A stretch of DNA of 64,000 bases from an uncultured Litoreibacter sp. (GTDB lineage Bacteria > Pseudomonadota > Alphaproteobacteria > Rhodobacterales > Rhodobacteraceae): positions 302,359-366,358 of the forward strand of contig CANLVO010000002.1 of the NCBI GenBank assembly GCA_947494645.1, read 5' to 3'. A model generated the notes under the pieces. The model had not been told where the DNA came from, ran no database searches, and saw only the letters and a list, made by a program, of their open reading frames with translations. The position numbers were made by a program, and so were the translations under genes. Of the stretch, positions 10,187 to 21,026 are shown in pieces (position 1 is the stretch's first letter; each line of letters begins with the position of its first letter).

Positions 10187-10873
10187 TTAGACGTTCAATC
10201 TATAGCCGCCCGATTCGGTCACAAGAAGGCGGGCATTGGACGGTTCTGGTTCTATTTTCTGGCGAAGACGGTAGATATGTGTCTCCAATGTGTGCGTGGT
10301 CACGCCCGCATTATAGCCCCAGACCTCGTGCAGCAGCACATCGCGGGCGACGACATTGTCGGTGGAGCGATAAAGGAACTTCAGAATATTCGTCTCTTTC
10401 TCCGTCAGGCGAACCTTCTTTTCGTCCTCTGTCATGAGCATCTTCATGGACGGTTTGAACGTATATGGTCCAAGCTGGAACACGGCATCCTCAGACTGCT
10501 CGTGCTGGCGAAGTTGCGCACGGACACGGGCCAGAAGCACCGGGAATTTGAACGGTTTTGAGATATAGTCGTTGGCGCCTGCATCGAGGCCCAAAATGGT
10601 GTCAGCGTCGCTGTCATGGCCGGTCAGCATCACAATCGGACACTTTACGCCTTGTTTGCGCATCAGGCGGCACAGCTCACGGCCGTCTGTGTCAGGCAGG
10701 CCTACATCGAGGATCACCAAGTCGTAGATGGCTTCCTTAGCTTTCTCCATCGCATTTGCGCCGTTTTCAGCCTCAAACACATCGAAATCTTCGGTCATGA
10801 CCAACTGTTCAGACAGCGCCTCGCGTAGATCATCGTCATCATCGACAAGCAGGATTTTCTTTAGATTAGCCAT
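10187..10873 (-). CDS. OmpR/PhoB-family response regulator (receiver plus winged-helix)
   Basis: The ATG at 10873 (MANLKKILLVDDDDDL...) is preceded by an AAGGA RBS. It has receiver motifs (DLVILDVGLPDTDG, KPF) and a C-terminal Trans_reg_C pattern (LTEKETNILKFL...THIYRLRQKIE...GGYRL). Confidence 0.85.
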   Translation of the reverse strand: MANLKKILLVDDDDDLREALSEQLVMTEDFDVFEAENGANAMEKAKEAIYDLVILDVGLPDTDGRELCRLMRKQGVKCPIVMLTGHDSDADTILGLDAGANDYISKPFKFPVLLARVRAQLRQHEQSEDAVFQLGPYTFKPSMKMLMTEDEKKVRLTEKETNILKFLYRSTDNVVARDVLLHEVWGYNAGVTTHTLETHIYRLRQKIEPEPSNARLLVTESGGYRLNV

Positions 10874-11035
10874 GTTGGTGTCCTTTTTTAACTTGTGGAC
10901 AAGATGTCCGGCATGCATCGATTGAACAACTCACGGCGCTGTTATTCACGCCGTCGTGTCGCTGGGGCGGCAAATGTTTCAAATTTCATCACTTCGCAGT
11001 AAAGAACGGGTCAGAATGTTACAGATCGGAGCCAG

Positions 11036-12112
11036 ATGAGCCTGCTGCCTGACATAAACGAGCTTTTGGCGCGTGCGCGGGCGGACCTGCGCATGGGCGT
11101 GCCCGTGGTGCTGCGCGACGGTCTGGTTGTTTTGGCGGTTGAGGCCCTGACGCCGGAGCGGTTCGACGACTTTCGTACCCTGAATGACACGCCGGTGCTT
11201 ACAGTGACGGGCTGGCGGGCCAAGACCCTCAAGGCGAGGGCGTATGACGGCGATATTGCCCGAATTGCGGTTCCCTCACATGCCACCTGCGTCTGGGCGC
11301 GCTCGATTGCAGACCCGGCGGGTGATCTGAACCATCCGATGAAAGGCCCGTTGAAAACCCTGCGTGACGGTCCCGCCGGGCCGCACCGGGCGGCCATTAC
11401 GCTTGCTAAAGCGGCACGTCTCTTGCCGGCGGTGCTGTCAATTGAGGTCGACAACCCAGCTGAGTTTGCCGCCACGTATAACCTGACACTGGTCCCGAGC
11501 GCCGCGATTATTGATGATGCACTTTCTCCCCTGCACCGCACGGTACATGCCCGCCTGCCCTTGGAGGTGTCGGAGGCCGGGCGGCTGCATATTTTCCGTC
11601 CCGATGATGGTGGCGAAGAGCATTACGCGGTTGAGATCGGATCACCTGACAGGGGGGCACCATTGCTGACCCGGCTGCATTCCGCGTGCTTTACCGGGGA
11701 TTTGCTGGGATCGCTGAAATGCGATTGCGGGCCTCAGCTGCGCGGCGCCTTGGCGCAGATGGGGCAGGAGGGCGCGGGCGTGCTGCTCTACCTCAACCAG
11801 GAAGGGCGCGGCATTGGGCTCGCCAACAAGATGCGTGCCTATTCGTTGCAGGACCAGGGGTTTGACACGGTCGAGGCCAACCACCGGTTGGGCTTTGAAG
11901 ATGACGAGCGGGATTTTCGGATCGGGGCAGAAATATTGCGGACCATGGGGTTCTCGCAGATCAGGCTGATGACCAATAACCCGAAGAAAGTGGACATGCT
12001 GTCGGATTGCGGTCTGGAGGTTGTTGAACGCGTGCCTTTGAAGGTCGGCGAGAACCGGCATAACAGCGGCTATCTGGCAACCAAAGCTGCCAAGTCAGGC
12101 CATCTTCTGTGA
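11036..12112 (+). CDS. ribA: GTP cyclohydrolase II (long form with N-terminal extension)
   Basis: 358 aa ORF. The C-terminal half has the RibA zinc and catalytic motifs HSACFTGDLLGSLKCDCGPQL and GRGIGLANKMRAYSLQDQGFDTVEAN. Confidence 0.85.
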   Translation: MSLLPDINELLARARADLRMGVPVVLRDGLVVLAVEALTPERFDDFRTLNDTPVLTVTGWRAKTLKARAYDGDIARIAVPSHATCVWARSIADPAGDLNHPMKGPLKTLRDGPAGPHRAAITLAKAARLLPAVLSIEVDNPAEFAATYNLTLVPSAAIIDDALSPLHRTVHARLPLEVSEAGRLHIFRPDDGGEEHYAVEIGSPDRGAPLLTRLHSACFTGDLLGSLKCDCGPQLRGALAQMGQEGAGVLLYLNQEGRGIGLANKMRAYSLQDQGFDTVEANHRLGFEDDERDFRIGAEILRTMGFSQIRLMTNNPKKVDMLSDCGLEVVERVPLKVGENRHNSGYLATKAAKSGHLL

Positions 12113-12606
12113 CGCCGTTTGATCTGGTTGTCACGCTTTGGGGATGCCGGTTCATGGGGCGGCAGTTTCCCTGCAGCATCGGCAAGGGTGGCATCAGCGC
12201 GCGCAAACGCGAGGGGGACGGGGCCACACCTGTCGGCACGCACCGGATCGTTGGGATGCTTTACCGCCATGACCGGATGACCCGTCCTGCGGATTGGGCG
12301 CTGCCCATCGGGCCAGGGGATCTGTGGTCAGACGATGTGGGCGACGCCGACTATAATATGATGGTAAGGGCCCCTTACGCGCCGAGCCATGAGCGGCTGG
12401 CGCGTGCGGATCCGCTTTATGATCTGGTGATGCTGACGGATTGGAATTGGCCTTACCCTATCAAGGGTCGGGGCTCGGCGATCTTCATTCATGCCTGGCG
12501 CAAACCCCGGCATCCAACGGAGGGGTGCGTCGCGTTCCGGCCAGATCATTTGCGGTGGATTGCCCAGCGGGTGCGGCACCAGACAAGGTTGATCGTGCTG
12601 CCCTGA
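12109..12606 (+). CDS. L,D-transpeptidase (YkuD) catalytic-domain family protein
   Basis: 165 aa ORF whose GTG start overlaps the ribA stop (GTGA). GSAIFIHAWRKPRHPTEGCVAF resembles the YkuD His/Cys active-site motif. Confidence 0.65.
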   Translation: MTPFDLVVTLWGCRFMGRQFPCSIGKGGISARKREGDGATPVGTHRIVGMLYRHDRMTRPADWALPIGPGDLWSDDVGDADYNMMVRAPYAPSHERLARADPLYDLVMLTDWNWPYPIKGRGSAIFIHAWRKPRHPTEGCVAFRPDHLRWIAQRVRHQTRLIVLP

Positions 12607-12609
12607 GGC

Positions 12610-13263
12610 CTAGCCGTAATCACGTTCCCCGAAAATGGCGGAGCCCACGCGGATATGGGTGGCACCTTGTGCTATGGCCGTCTCAAAGTCGCCGCTCATC
12701 CCCATGGAGAGCCCCGTGAGCTTGTTGCGTTTGGCGACTTTGGCGAGCAGAGCGAAATGCAGCGACGGCTCCTCGTAAGCGGGTGGGATGCACATCAGCC
12801 CAATGACGGGCAGTTTCAGCGCAAGGCAATCGGCAATGAATTGATCGGCCTGCGCCGGAGGGATGCCTGCCTTCTGCTCCTCTTCACCGGTGTTGATCTG
12901 GATAAAGAGGTCAGGGCAATGGCCCAATTCCGCGCTGAGCGTGGCAAGCTTGTTGGCCAGTTTCATACGGTCAAGGCTGTGGATGACGTCAAACAGTTCC
13001 ATTGCCTGTTTGGTCTTGTTGGTTTGCAGCGGGCCCAGCAGGTGCAGCTCGATACCATTGAACTGTTCCTGGAAGGCGGGCCATTTGCCTTGCGCCTCCT
13101 GCACCTTGTTCTCGCCAAAGATGCGGTGGCCTTGCTCCAACACGGCCTGCACCCGCTCGTTAGGTTGGACTTTGGAGACCGCGATCAGCTTGGTGCTGCT
13201 TTTGGCGCGACCTGTGCTGGCCTCGGTTTTTTCGATGCGGTTGATGATGTCTTGCAGGGACAT
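12610..13263 (-). CDS. yggS: YggS-family pyridoxal-phosphate homeostasis protein
   Basis: 217 aa ORF. LIAVSKVQP (PLP lysine) and HLLGPLQTNK/SMGMSGDFE motifs are typical of YggS/PROSC. Confidence 0.85.
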   Translation of the reverse strand: MSLQDIINRIEKTEASTGRAKSSTKLIAVSKVQPNERVQAVLEQGHRIFGENKVQEAQGKWPAFQEQFNGIELHLLGPLQTNKTKQAMELFDVIHSLDRMKLANKLATLSAELGHCPDLFIQINTGEEEQKAGIPPAQADQFIADCLALKLPVIGLMCIPPAYEEPSLHFALLAKVAKRNKLTGLSMGMSGDFETAIAQGATHIRVGSAIFGERDYG

Positions 13264-13320
13264 GGGCGCGCGAGCTCCTGAGGGATGCGGTTCGTGTCCC
13301 TGATCACCACAAAGACGCGC

Positions 13321-13351
13321 AAAAGAAAAGAGCGGACCCGGGGGCCCGCTC
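13321..13351 (-). terminator. intrinsic terminator downstream of the porin gene
   Basis: GC-rich hairpin gagcgg...ccgctc (13330-13351). On the minus strand it is followed by CTTTTCTTTT, the complement of 13321-13329. Confidence 0.7.
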
Positions 13352-13378
13352 TCTCCAATTCTTCTGAGAAGGGTAAGC

Positions 13379-14314
13379 TTAGAAGCTCAGGCCCAGACCC
13401 AGCGAGAACGAGTCAACTGCGTCGTCGTCGCGGTAACCGAAGTGTACCACTGCACCGCCGCCGAGGTCGTAAGCTGCTGCGACACCGAAGCCGTCAACAT
13501 CTGTACCGTCGTCGAACTCAACTTCGCCGTAGTTGGCGTGAATTGTGAAGGCGCCAGTTGTGTAGCCAAGGCCAATGCCCAGGTTGGAGTCTGGACCAAC
13601 TGCTGCTGCGTCATCGTCGTCCCAGTCAGCATATACAACACCAGCGGAGAAGCCGCCGGCGAAGGTTGCTGTCGCGGAGACACCAGTTGCGGAAGCGGTT
13701 GCGCCTGGAGTTGCCGAAGCAGCTTCCTGGTGACCAATACCCAGAGCAACGGTTGTGCCGCCCAGGTCAAGGTTGTAGCGCAGACCAACAGCGTAGCCAA
13801 CTTCGCCAGCGCCGTTGTCGTCTTCGATGGAGACTGCAACGCCTACGTCACCGAAAGAATAATCCCAACGCAGGATTTGGCCGTCGTTGCCGCCGTCCAG
13901 GTAGGAACCAACGTAACCAGCGTGCGATGTTTCGTCATCCGCGATGGAACCTGGGTTACCAACGTTACCAGCTTCGGTCAGGGCCCAGTCCAGAGCGCCG
14001 TCTGTGTCACCCATGGTGACTGTACCGAAAGAACCGGAGATGAAGATGGTCGCGCCACCGTCGTCGGAGTTGTCTGCAACAGCAGCGGCACCGGAGCCGC
14101 CTTCGTCCAGATCAACAGATGCGCCGAAAGTCAGACCGTTGTCTGTCTCGCCGGACATTGTGAATGTGACGTCGATGTCTGTGAAGAACTGAGTGCCAGC
14201 AACGGCATCAGAGTCGAAGATACCCATTTCGGCACGGCCGGACAGGGCAACATCAGCAACTGCGGCGCCAGAGAAGGCTACCAGAGCGGTCGATGCGAAG
14301 AGAACTTTTTTCAT
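13379..14314 (-). CDS. outer-membrane general porin (Rhodobacter-type)
   Basis: 311 aa ORF with a signal peptide (MKKVLFASTALVAFSGAAVA), a Gly/Asp/Ala-rich alternating beta-strand composition and a C-terminal Phe. Biased codon usage and a long 5' leader suggest high expression. Confidence 0.85.
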   Translation of the reverse strand: MKKVLFASTALVAFSGAAVADVALSGRAEMGIFDSDAVAGTQFFTDIDVTFTMSGETDNGLTFGASVDLDEGGSGAAAVADNSDDGGATIFISGSFGTVTMGDTDGALDWALTEAGNVGNPGSIADDETSHAGYVGSYLDGGNDGQILRWDYSFGDVGVAVSIEDDNGAGEVGYAVGLRYNLDLGGTTVALGIGHQEAASATPGATASATGVSATATFAGGFSAGVVYADWDDDDAAAVGPDSNLGIGLGYTTGAFTIHANYGEVEFDDGTDVDGFGVAAAYDLGGGAVVHFGYRDDDAVDSFSLGLGLSF

Positions 14315-14594
14315 CGTTTTCCCTCGAAGGTTATTAATGTTTCCACCTCAATTCAGGGAATCCGAACTGAGTACGCACTCTGTCTCTGCCTTTCCCGGGC
14401 ACTTTGCAAGAATTCGACCAGCCTCTCATTTTGAAGCATTGGAACTGGTGCACTCATGTCACACCGCTGTGTGCCGCCGTTACTGCACTATACTATGTCG
14501 TCACGCCGCGCGGCTGCCTTGATTATTCTTGTGGACATGGGGCGGCGAGGGTATGACTGCACAAAGCCTTAAGTAAATAAGGGGTCGGGGCACG

Positions 14595-15125
14595 ATGCCA
14601 GTCACTCGAATAGCAAAATACGGCGTGGTCGCGCTCAGCCTGCTGGCCTTGTCAGCTTGTGGAAACAGCGTAAGCGGGCCTTTCAGCGGAGGCGGTAATC
14701 AAGACCGCCGGGAAAATGACAATAACGGATTCTCCCGCGACTTCGACAGCGCCGCGCGTCAGGCAGCGGTGGAACGTGGTGATTCCATTTTCGACCTGTT
14801 CCGTAACAATGACGATCCCAATGTCACGCTAGAGGTTAACAAGTATCTCTGGAACGCATCGCTGGACGTGTTGAATTTCATGCCGGTGCAGCGCGCCGAT
14901 CCGTTCACGGGTACTATTTCTATGGGCTACGGCCGTCCGCAGGGCTCTAGCCGTGCGTATCGCGCCACTGTCTTTATCACAGACCCGGCGCTTGATGCCC
15001 GTTCTTTGCGGGTTGCTGTTCAGGGGGCTGGTGGTGCGTCTGTGAGTACGGAGACCGTGCGTGCCATTGAAGATGCCATCCTGACACGTGCGCGGCAGCT
15101 GCGGATTCGCGACACCAAACTCTAG
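14595..15125 (+). CDS. lipoprotein (DUF3576-like)
   Basis: 176 aa ORF with a lipobox (LLALSAC). The DUF3576 call is from memory of alphaproteobacterial genes found upstream of leuS. Confidence 0.6.
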   Translation: MPVTRIAKYGVVALSLLALSACGNSVSGPFSGGGNQDRRENDNNGFSRDFDSAARQAAVERGDSIFDLFRNNDDPNVTLEVNKYLWNASLDVLNFMPVQRADPFTGTISMGYGRPQGSSRAYRATVFITDPALDARSLRVAVQGAGGASVSTETVRAIEDAILTRARQLRIRDTKL

Positions 15126-15155
15126 ACCCTGCGTCTCATCACCCATAAGAAAAGC

Positions 15156-15185
15156 GCCGGGCCTTATTGCCCGGCCTTTTTGTTT
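15156..15185 (+). terminator. intrinsic terminator after the lipoprotein gene
   Basis: Stem gccgggc (15156-15162) pairs with gcccggc (15169-15175), followed by CTTTTTGTTT. Confidence 0.75.
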
Positions 15186-15199
15186 CTAAGGAAGACACC

Positions 15200-17746
15200 A
15201 TGTCCCGCTACAACGCCCGCACCACAGAACCCAAATGGCAAAAGGCCTGGGATGAGGCTGAGGCATTTCTGGCCAAGCGCGACCCTGACAAGCCGAAATA
15301 CTACGTGTTGGAGATGTTTCCCTACCCGTCCGGGCGCATCCATATCGGCCATGTGCGCAACTATACGATGGGCGACGTGATTGCGCGTTATAAGGCATCG
15401 TGCGGATTTTCTGTTTTGCACCCAATGGGTTGGGACGCGTTCGGAATGCCTGCGGAGAACGCGGCGATGGCCAGTGGAGGCCACCCCAAGGAATGGACCT
15501 ACGGCAACATCGCTGCAATGAAAGAGCAGATGAAACCGCTGGGGCTGTCGATCGACTGGACCCGCGAGTTTGCCACATGTGACCCTGAATATTATGGGCA
15601 GCAGCAGGCTTTGTTCCTCGATATGCTCGACGCGGATCTGGTGTACCGCAAGAACGCGATGGTCAACTGGGACCCTGTCGATATGACCGTGTTGGCCAAT
15701 GAGCAGGTGATCGACGGTAAGGGGTGGCGGTCGGATGCGCCTGTCGAACGACGGGAGCTAACCCAATGGTTTTTCAACATTTCTTCTATGGCCGAGGAGC
15801 TTTTGAGCGCGATTGACGGGCTTGATAACTGGCCGGCCAAGGTCAAGCTGATGCAGTCCAACTGGATCGGCAAATCGCGTGGGCTTCAATTTAGCTTTGA
15901 ACGCAGCGATGGCGGAAAGGCCGTTGAGGTTTATACCACCCGTCCTGACACGTTGATGGGCGCGTCTTTTGTGGGCATCTCACCGGATCATCCTTTGGCC
16001 AAGGAGTTAGAGGCAGGCGATCCGCAAGCTGCTGAATTCATTGCGGAATGCCGGAAGGGCGGCACCACAGCGGAGGCTTTGGAAACAGGCGAGAAGCTGG
16101 GCTATGACACCGGGCTGACGGTCAAACATCCCTTGAACCCTGAGTGGGAATTGCCTGTCTGGGTCGCCAATTTCATTTTGATGGATTACGGGACCGGGGC
16201 GATTTTTGGCTGTCCTGCGCATGACCAGAGGGACCTCGATTTCTGCCGGAAATACGAGTTGCCAGTGATCTCGACTTTCGTGCCAAAAGACGACGCCGGG
16301 TTTGTGCGGCCAGAGACCAGCGGGGAGGCTTATGTGCCTCCAAAAGACGAAATTGTACAATTTGTACAAAATTTAGAGGGCCTAAACCCATTTTGTACAG
16401 GAAATGAGGCAGTCGATCACGCCATCTCCAAGGCGGAGGCCGAGGGGTGGGGGATCGGTCAGACCAAATTCCGGCTCCGTGACTGGGGTCTGTCGCGACA
16501 ACGCTATTGGGGGTGCCCGATTCCGGTGGTCCATTGCGACGACTGCGGCGTGGTGCCGGAGAAGAAAGAGAACCTGCCGGTCGAGCTGCCCGACGATGTG
16601 AGCTTTGACATTCCCGGCAACCCGCTGGACCGTCATCAGACATGGCGCGACACACCCTGCCCGTCCTGTGGCAAGCCTGCGAAACGGGAAACCGACACGA
16701 TGGACACATTCGTCGATTCGTCATGGTATTTCGCGCGGTTTACGTCGCCGCGCGCGGAGACGCCGACGGATATTGATGACGCCGCCTATTGGATGAATGT
16801 CGATCAGTATATCGGCGGCATTGAGCATGCGATCTTGCACCTCTTGTATTCGCGCTTCTTTGCCCGGGCGATGGGTCAAACCGGGCATTTGCCGCAAGGC
16901 ACCGAAGAGCCGTTTGACGCGCTCTTTACCCAAGGGATGGTGACGCACGCGATTTACCAGACCCGCGACGACAAGGGCCGCGCCGTTTACCATCTTCCTG
17001 ACGATGTGGATCCGGAGAAGAATGTGCTGCGTGCCACGGGAGACCCGGTGGAGGTGATCCCGTCAGCCAAGATGTCCAAGTCCAAGAAGAACGTGGTCGA
17101 CCCTGACGACATCATCGACCAATACGGCGCGGATACGGCGCGGTGGTTTGTGCTGTCGGATTCGCCTCCGGAGCGGGATGTGGAATGGACGGCGTCGGGC
17201 GCGGAGGCGGCTTGGAAGTTTTTGGGCCGGGTTTGGCGGCTGGCCGCTGATCTGGAAGATGGCACCGATACGGACGAGGCCTTGGAGCGTGAAACCGCAA
17301 AGGCAATCCACGAGGTCACGATGGGGATCGAGACGTTCGGGTTCAACAAATCCGTGGCCAAGCTTTATGAGTTCACCAATGCGATCAGCAAATCCAAGGC
17401 GGGCCCCGGCGCGAAACGGCGGGCGGTGAAGGTTTTGGCGCAGCTTATGTCTCCGATGACGCCGCATCTGGCCGAAGAGATCTGGGCGCATCTGGGCGGC
17501 GAAGGTCTGGTTGCGCAAGCTGTATGGCCCGAGGCCGATGAAAGCCTGCTGAAAGAGGATAGCGTGACGCTGCCCATTCAGATCAATGGCAAGCGGCGCT
17601 CTGAAATTCAGGTGCCTGCGGACCTGCCGAAGGAAGAGGTTGAAAAGCTAGCCCTCGCCGATCAAGCTGTGATCAAGGCTTTGGACGGCGGCACGCCGAA
17701 AAAGCTGATCGTGGTTCCGGGGCGCATCATCAATGTTGTTATCTAA
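15200..17746 (+). CDS. leuS: leucine--tRNA ligase
   Basis: Has HIGH ([11 protein letters not shown]) and KMSKS motifs. The ATG at 15200 (MSRYNART..) is preceded by AAGGA. The ORF-track start at 15167 lies inside the upstream terminator. Confidence 0.95.
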   Translation: MSRYNARTTEPKWQKAWDEAEAFLAKRDPDKPKYYVLEMFPYPSGRIHIGHVRNYTMGDVIARYKASCGFSVLHPMGWDAFGMPAENAAMASGGHPKEWTYGNIAAMKEQMKPLGLSIDWTREFATCDPEYYGQQQALFLDMLDADLVYRKNAMVNWDPVDMTVLANEQVIDGKGWRSDAPVERRELTQWFFNISSMAEELLSAIDGLDNWPAKVKLMQSNWIGKSRGLQFSFERSDGGKAVEVYTTRPDTLMGASFVGISPDHPLAKELEAGDPQAAEFIAECRKGGTTAEALETGEKLGYDTGLTVKHPLNPEWELPVWVANFILMDYGTGAIFGCPAHDQRDLDFCRKYELPVISTFVPKDDAGFVRPETSGEAYVPPKDEIVQFVQNLEGLNPFCTGNEAVDHAISKAEAEGWGIGQTKFRLRDWGLSRQRYWGCPIPVVHCDDCGVVPEKKENLPVELPDDVSFDIPGNPLDRHQTWRDTPCPSCGKPAKRETDTMDTFVDSSWYFARFTSPRAETPTDIDDAAYWMNVDQYIGGIEHAILHLLYSRFFARAMGQTGHLPQGTEEPFDALFTQGMVTHAIYQTRDDKGRAVYHLPDDVDPEKNVLRATGDPVEVIPSAKMSKSKKNVVDPDDIIDQYGADTARWFVLSDSPPERDVEWTASGAEAAWKFLGRVWRLAADLEDGTDTDEALERETAKAIHEVTMGIETFGFNKSVAKLYEFTNAISKSKAGPGAKRRAVKVLAQLMSPMTPHLAEEIWAHLGGEGLVAQAVWPEADESLLKEDSVTLPIQINGKRRSEIQVPADLPKEEVEKLALADQAVIKALDGGTPKKLIVVPGRIINVVI

Positions 17747-18212
17747 ACGGCACTTCCTGATTGGCCTCGCGGCGCTTGGTGGCTGCGGGTTTGAACCGGT
17801 GTTTGGCACCAACGGATCGGCGAGCGCATTGCGTGGCGCGGTTCAGATGGACGAGCCACAGACGCGTGACGAATTTCGCCTCAACGAGCAGTTGGAATTG
17901 CGGCTGGGCCGTGCCTCTGCGCCGCGATACGGGCTGGCGGTGGGGTTGCAGACCTTTGAGGAAGGGTTGGCGATCTCTGGCTCGAACGACATTGAACGGT
18001 TCAACATCATTGGTGCGGCCGAGTTTGCGTTGCGCGATCTGAGCACGGGCCAGGTTGTGCTGCGCGACAAGGTGAATACATTCACCGCCTATTCCGCGTC
18101 GGAGCAGCCGGTGGCCACGTTGGCTGCGCAACGCGATGCGCAGGCCCGGCTGATGACCGCACTGGCCGACAAGATCGTCACGCAATTGCTGCTGAACGCG
18201 GACCAACTGTGA
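17733..18212 (+). CDS. lptE: LPS-assembly lipoprotein LptE
   Basis: 159 aa ORF with a lipobox (LAALGGC). It sits in the conserved leuS-lptE-holA position and overlaps the leuS end by 14 nt. Confidence 0.7.
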   Translation: MLLSKRHFLIGLAALGGCGFEPVFGTNGSASALRGAVQMDEPQTRDEFRLNEQLELRLGRASAPRYGLAVGLQTFEEGLAISGSNDIERFNIIGAAEFALRDLSTGQVVLRDKVNTFTAYSASEQPVATLAAQRDAQARLMTALADKIVTQLLLNADQL

Positions 18213-18213
18213 A

Positions 18214-19236
18214 ATGAAGCTGAACGCCCGGGACGCGCGAGGATTTTTTGCCAAACCAGACCCTAAACGAGCGGGACTGCTGATTTACGGCCCCGACCCG
18301 ATGCGCACAGCGATACGCCGCCAAGAAGTGATTGCGGCGCTTGTGGGCCCGGATGGCGACGACGAGATGCGATTGACCCGGATCCCCGCATCAGAATTGC
18401 GCCGCGAGCCTGCGATGTTGATGGACGCGATGACCGCGCAGGGGTTTTTCCCGGGCCAACGCGTGGCCTTTGTGGAAGAGGCCAATGACACGGTGATCAA
18501 ATCGGTCGAGGCCGCGATGAAGGACTGGCGGGAGGGCGACGCGTTTATCGTGGTGACCGCCGGGCAGCTGAAACCAGCCTCAAAACTGCGCAAACTGTTC
18601 GAAGGGCATAACAACGCCTATGCCGCCGCGATCTATGCCGACCCCCCCGGACGCGACGAGATCGAGGAAATTTTGCAGAAGGCCGGGCTGCGGGATGTCT
18701 CTTTGGATGCCATGTCGGACCTGCTGGATCTGGGGCGTGCGCTTGACCCGGGTGACTTTCGCCAAACGGTCGAGAGGCTGGGGCTGTATAAGCATGGGGA
18801 TGAGACGCCCGTGAGCTCGGACGATGTGGCCAATTGTGCGCCGCTGACAATGGAGGCCGGGCTGGACGACGCCTTGGATATTGTCGCCGAAGGGCGGTTT
18901 GCCGAGATCGGGCCGATCCTGACCAAGCTGGAGGGCCAAGGGGTGCAGCCTGTGCGGCTGTGCATCGGGGCGAACCAGCATTTCCGAAAGCTCTATGCGG
19001 CGGCCTCTGATCCCGGCGGGCCTGAGGCGGGGTTGGCGCGGGCGCGGCCTCCGGTGCCGTACATGCGCAAGGACCGGCTGGCCAAGCAGGCCCGCGGCTG
19101 GGGCGCAGCGAAGCTGGAACAGGCGCTGCGGCTGTTGACAGATACCGACCTGCAGCTGCGTTCCGCGCAGCCTGTGCCGCAGATGGCACTGGTGGAACGC
19201 GCGATGATCCGGCTGGCGATGATGGCCCGGAATTAG
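18214..19236 (+). CDS. holA: DNA polymerase III delta subunit
   Basis: 340 aa ORF starting 2 nt after lptE. The N-terminus (LLIYGPD) and overall helical pattern fit HolA, as does the conserved synteny. Confidence 0.8.
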   Translation: MKLNARDARGFFAKPDPKRAGLLIYGPDPMRTAIRRQEVIAALVGPDGDDEMRLTRIPASELRREPAMLMDAMTAQGFFPGQRVAFVEEANDTVIKSVEAAMKDWREGDAFIVVTAGQLKPASKLRKLFEGHNNAYAAAIYADPPGRDEIEEILQKAGLRDVSLDAMSDLLDLGRALDPGDFRQTVERLGLYKHGDETPVSSDDVANCAPLTMEAGLDDALDIVAEGRFAEIGPILTKLEGQGVQPVRLCIGANQHFRKLYAAASDPGGPEAGLARARPPVPYMRKDRLAKQARGWGAAKLEQALRLLTDTDLQLRSAQPVPQMALVERAMIRLAMMARN

Positions 19237-19260
19237 ACCCTAACTACGGAGGAACTGCCC

Positions 19261-19854
19261 ATGTACACAGTGATCGGGGGGCTCGCGAGCCGCACGTTTC
19301 GGGTGCTTTGGATGCTGGAAGAGCTGGGCGTGCCCTTCACCCATGTCAAAGCCGGGCCGCGCAGTGACGAGGTGACCGCGCATAGCGCGTTGGGCAAGAT
19401 ACCGGTGCTGTTGGACGGCGACGTGGCGGTGAGCGACTCGGTCGCGATCATGACCTATCTGGCGGACAAGCATGGCGGGCTGACCGCGCCTGCGGGCACG
19501 TTGGAGCGCGCACGGCAAGATGCAATGACGCAGCGGATTGTGGACGAGTTTGACGGCCCCCTTTGGCTCGCCGCGCGGCACAGCTTTGTGCTGCCCGAAG
19601 AGCACCGGGTGCCCGAGGTGAAGCCGTCGGCCAAGTGGGAATTCGCGCGGGCGGAGGCCTCGTTGGTGCGCGACATGGGCGACGGGCCGTTCCTGATGGG
19701 CGCGCAGATTTCGATCCCGGATATTATCCTGACGCATTGTCTGGGCTGGGCGATTGTCGCGAAATTTGGCGTAACAGAGCCTGTTATGTCCGCATACCTG
19801 GACCGACTGCGCAACCGCGACGCCTATAAGCTGTCGCGGGAGAAGGCGGCTTAG
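19261..19854 (+). CDS. glutathione S-transferase
   Basis: 197 aa ORF with an N-terminal thioredoxin-like GST motif (GKIPVLLDGDVAVSDSVAIMTYL). Confidence 0.8.
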   Translation: MYTVIGGLASRTFRVLWMLEELGVPFTHVKAGPRSDEVTAHSALGKIPVLLDGDVAVSDSVAIMTYLADKHGGLTAPAGTLERARQDAMTQRIVDEFDGPLWLAARHSFVLPEEHRVPEVKPSAKWEFARAEASLVRDMGDGPFLMGAQISIPDIILTHCLGWAIVAKFGVTEPVMSAYLDRLRNRDAYKLSREKAA

Positions 19855-21026
19855 CGCAGGGCGTAGCGGGCGGCGGCTTTGCCAGCCCACGCGCCGGTCG
19901 CCATGCAGGCAGTGATCAGATAGCCGCCGGTGGGCGCGTCCCAATCGAGCATTTCGCCCGCGATGAATGTGCCCGGGCGGGCGCGGAGCATCAGATCATT
20001 ATTCACCGCGTCGCCGGTCAGCCCACCGACAGTCGAGATTGCCTGATCGAGCGGCGCGAGGGCGTCATAGGGGATGGGCAGGGCCTTGATGAGGGCGGCG
20101 AGCTTGGCCCCCTCAGGCAGCGGCCTGCCGCATTCGTTGAGCAGCCCGATTTTGGCGGGGTCGAGTTTGAGCGCCTTGCGCAGATAGGTGCCCATGCTAG
20201 CCTTGCCGCGCGGGCGTTTGAGGCGGGTGGTAGTCGCGTTCTCTGACAGGTCAGGCAGCAGGTCGACGCTAAGCCGCGCCTGATCGCGAAGCGCTGGGGT
20301 CAGCTGGTAGATGCCCCCGCCCTCGATGCCTGCGCTGGTCAGGATGATTTCCCCTCGGCTGGTCTGGTTGCCTGCGTGTAGCGCGATGTTCTTGACCGGG
20401 GTACCGAAATGGCGGGCCATGTGAGGGCTCCAAGGGACCAACAGGCCCGCATTTGAAGGCGCGAATGGTTTTGTAGGGTGGCCGTCCTTGCTGAAGGCGT
20501 CGAGCCATGCTCCATCAGACCCTAACCTTGCCCAAGAGCCGCCACCAAGGGCAAAGATAGTGACATCCGCAGCGATGGTTTGTGGGCCGTCTGGCGTATC
20601 GAATAGCGTGCTATCGGCGTCCCAGCCGGTCCAGCGCCAGCGGGTTTTGCGTTCCACCCTGAGCGTATCGAGGCGTGCAAGTGCTGCGCGCAAAAGCGGC
20701 GAGGCCTTCATGGCTTTGGGGAAGACGCGTTTGGTGGACCCGGTGAAAATCTCTTGCCCGAGATCTTCGGCCCAGGCCATGACCTCTGCTGGACCGAAGG
20801 CGTCGAGCATGGGGGCGAGCCATGCGGAGGACGGGCCGAAAGCCTTTAGGAAGTCGGCGTCTTTCTCGTCTTTTGTCAGGTTTAGACCCGATTTTCCGGC
20901 CATCAGGAATTTGCGGGCGACGGACGGTTTGTGCTCGGTCATGGTGACCGACAGCCCGGCCTGCGCCATGACCTCGGCTGCCATCAGGCCTGCGGGGCCG
21001 CTGCCCACGACCAAGGCGCTAGGCAT
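19851..21026 (-). CDS. BaiN/HI0933-like NAD(P)/FAD-dependent flavoprotein
   Basis: 391 aa ORF with a GxGxxG motif (VVGSGPAGLMAA) and a C-terminal GEMLDWDAPTGGY motif characteristic of the HI0933/TIGR03862-like family. Confidence 0.8.
   Translation of the reverse strand: MPSALVVGSGPAGLMAAEVMAQAGLSVTMTEHKPSVARKFLMAGKSGLNLTKDEKDADFLKAFGPSSAWLAPMLDAFGPAEVMAWAEDLGQEIFTGSTKRVFPKAMKASPLLRAALARLDTLRVERKTRWRWTGWDADSTLFDTPDGPQTIAADVTIFALGGGSWARLGSDGAWLDAFSKDGHPTKPFAPSNAGLLVPWSPHMARHFGTPVKNIALHAGNQTSRGEIILTSAGIEGGGIYQLTPALRDQARLSVDLLPDLSENATTTRLKRPRGKASMGTYLRKALKLDPAKIGLLNECGRPLPEGAKLAALIKALPIPYDALAPLDQAISTVGGLTGDAVNNDLMLRARPGTFIAGEMLDWDAPTGGYLITACMATGAWAGKAAARYALR

Noticed and set aside
10919-11035. 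FMN (RFN) riboswitch upstream of ribA.
   Set aside because: The spacer is only about 117 nt and lacks the conserved RFN core sequences. The region more likely holds divergent promoters for the response regulator and ribA.
15167-15199. ORF-track start of leuS at 15167 ([11 protein letters not shown]...).
   Set aside because: This start lies inside the hairpin and T-tract of the upstream terminator. The ATG at 15200 has an AAGGA RBS and gives the conserved LeuRS N-terminus.
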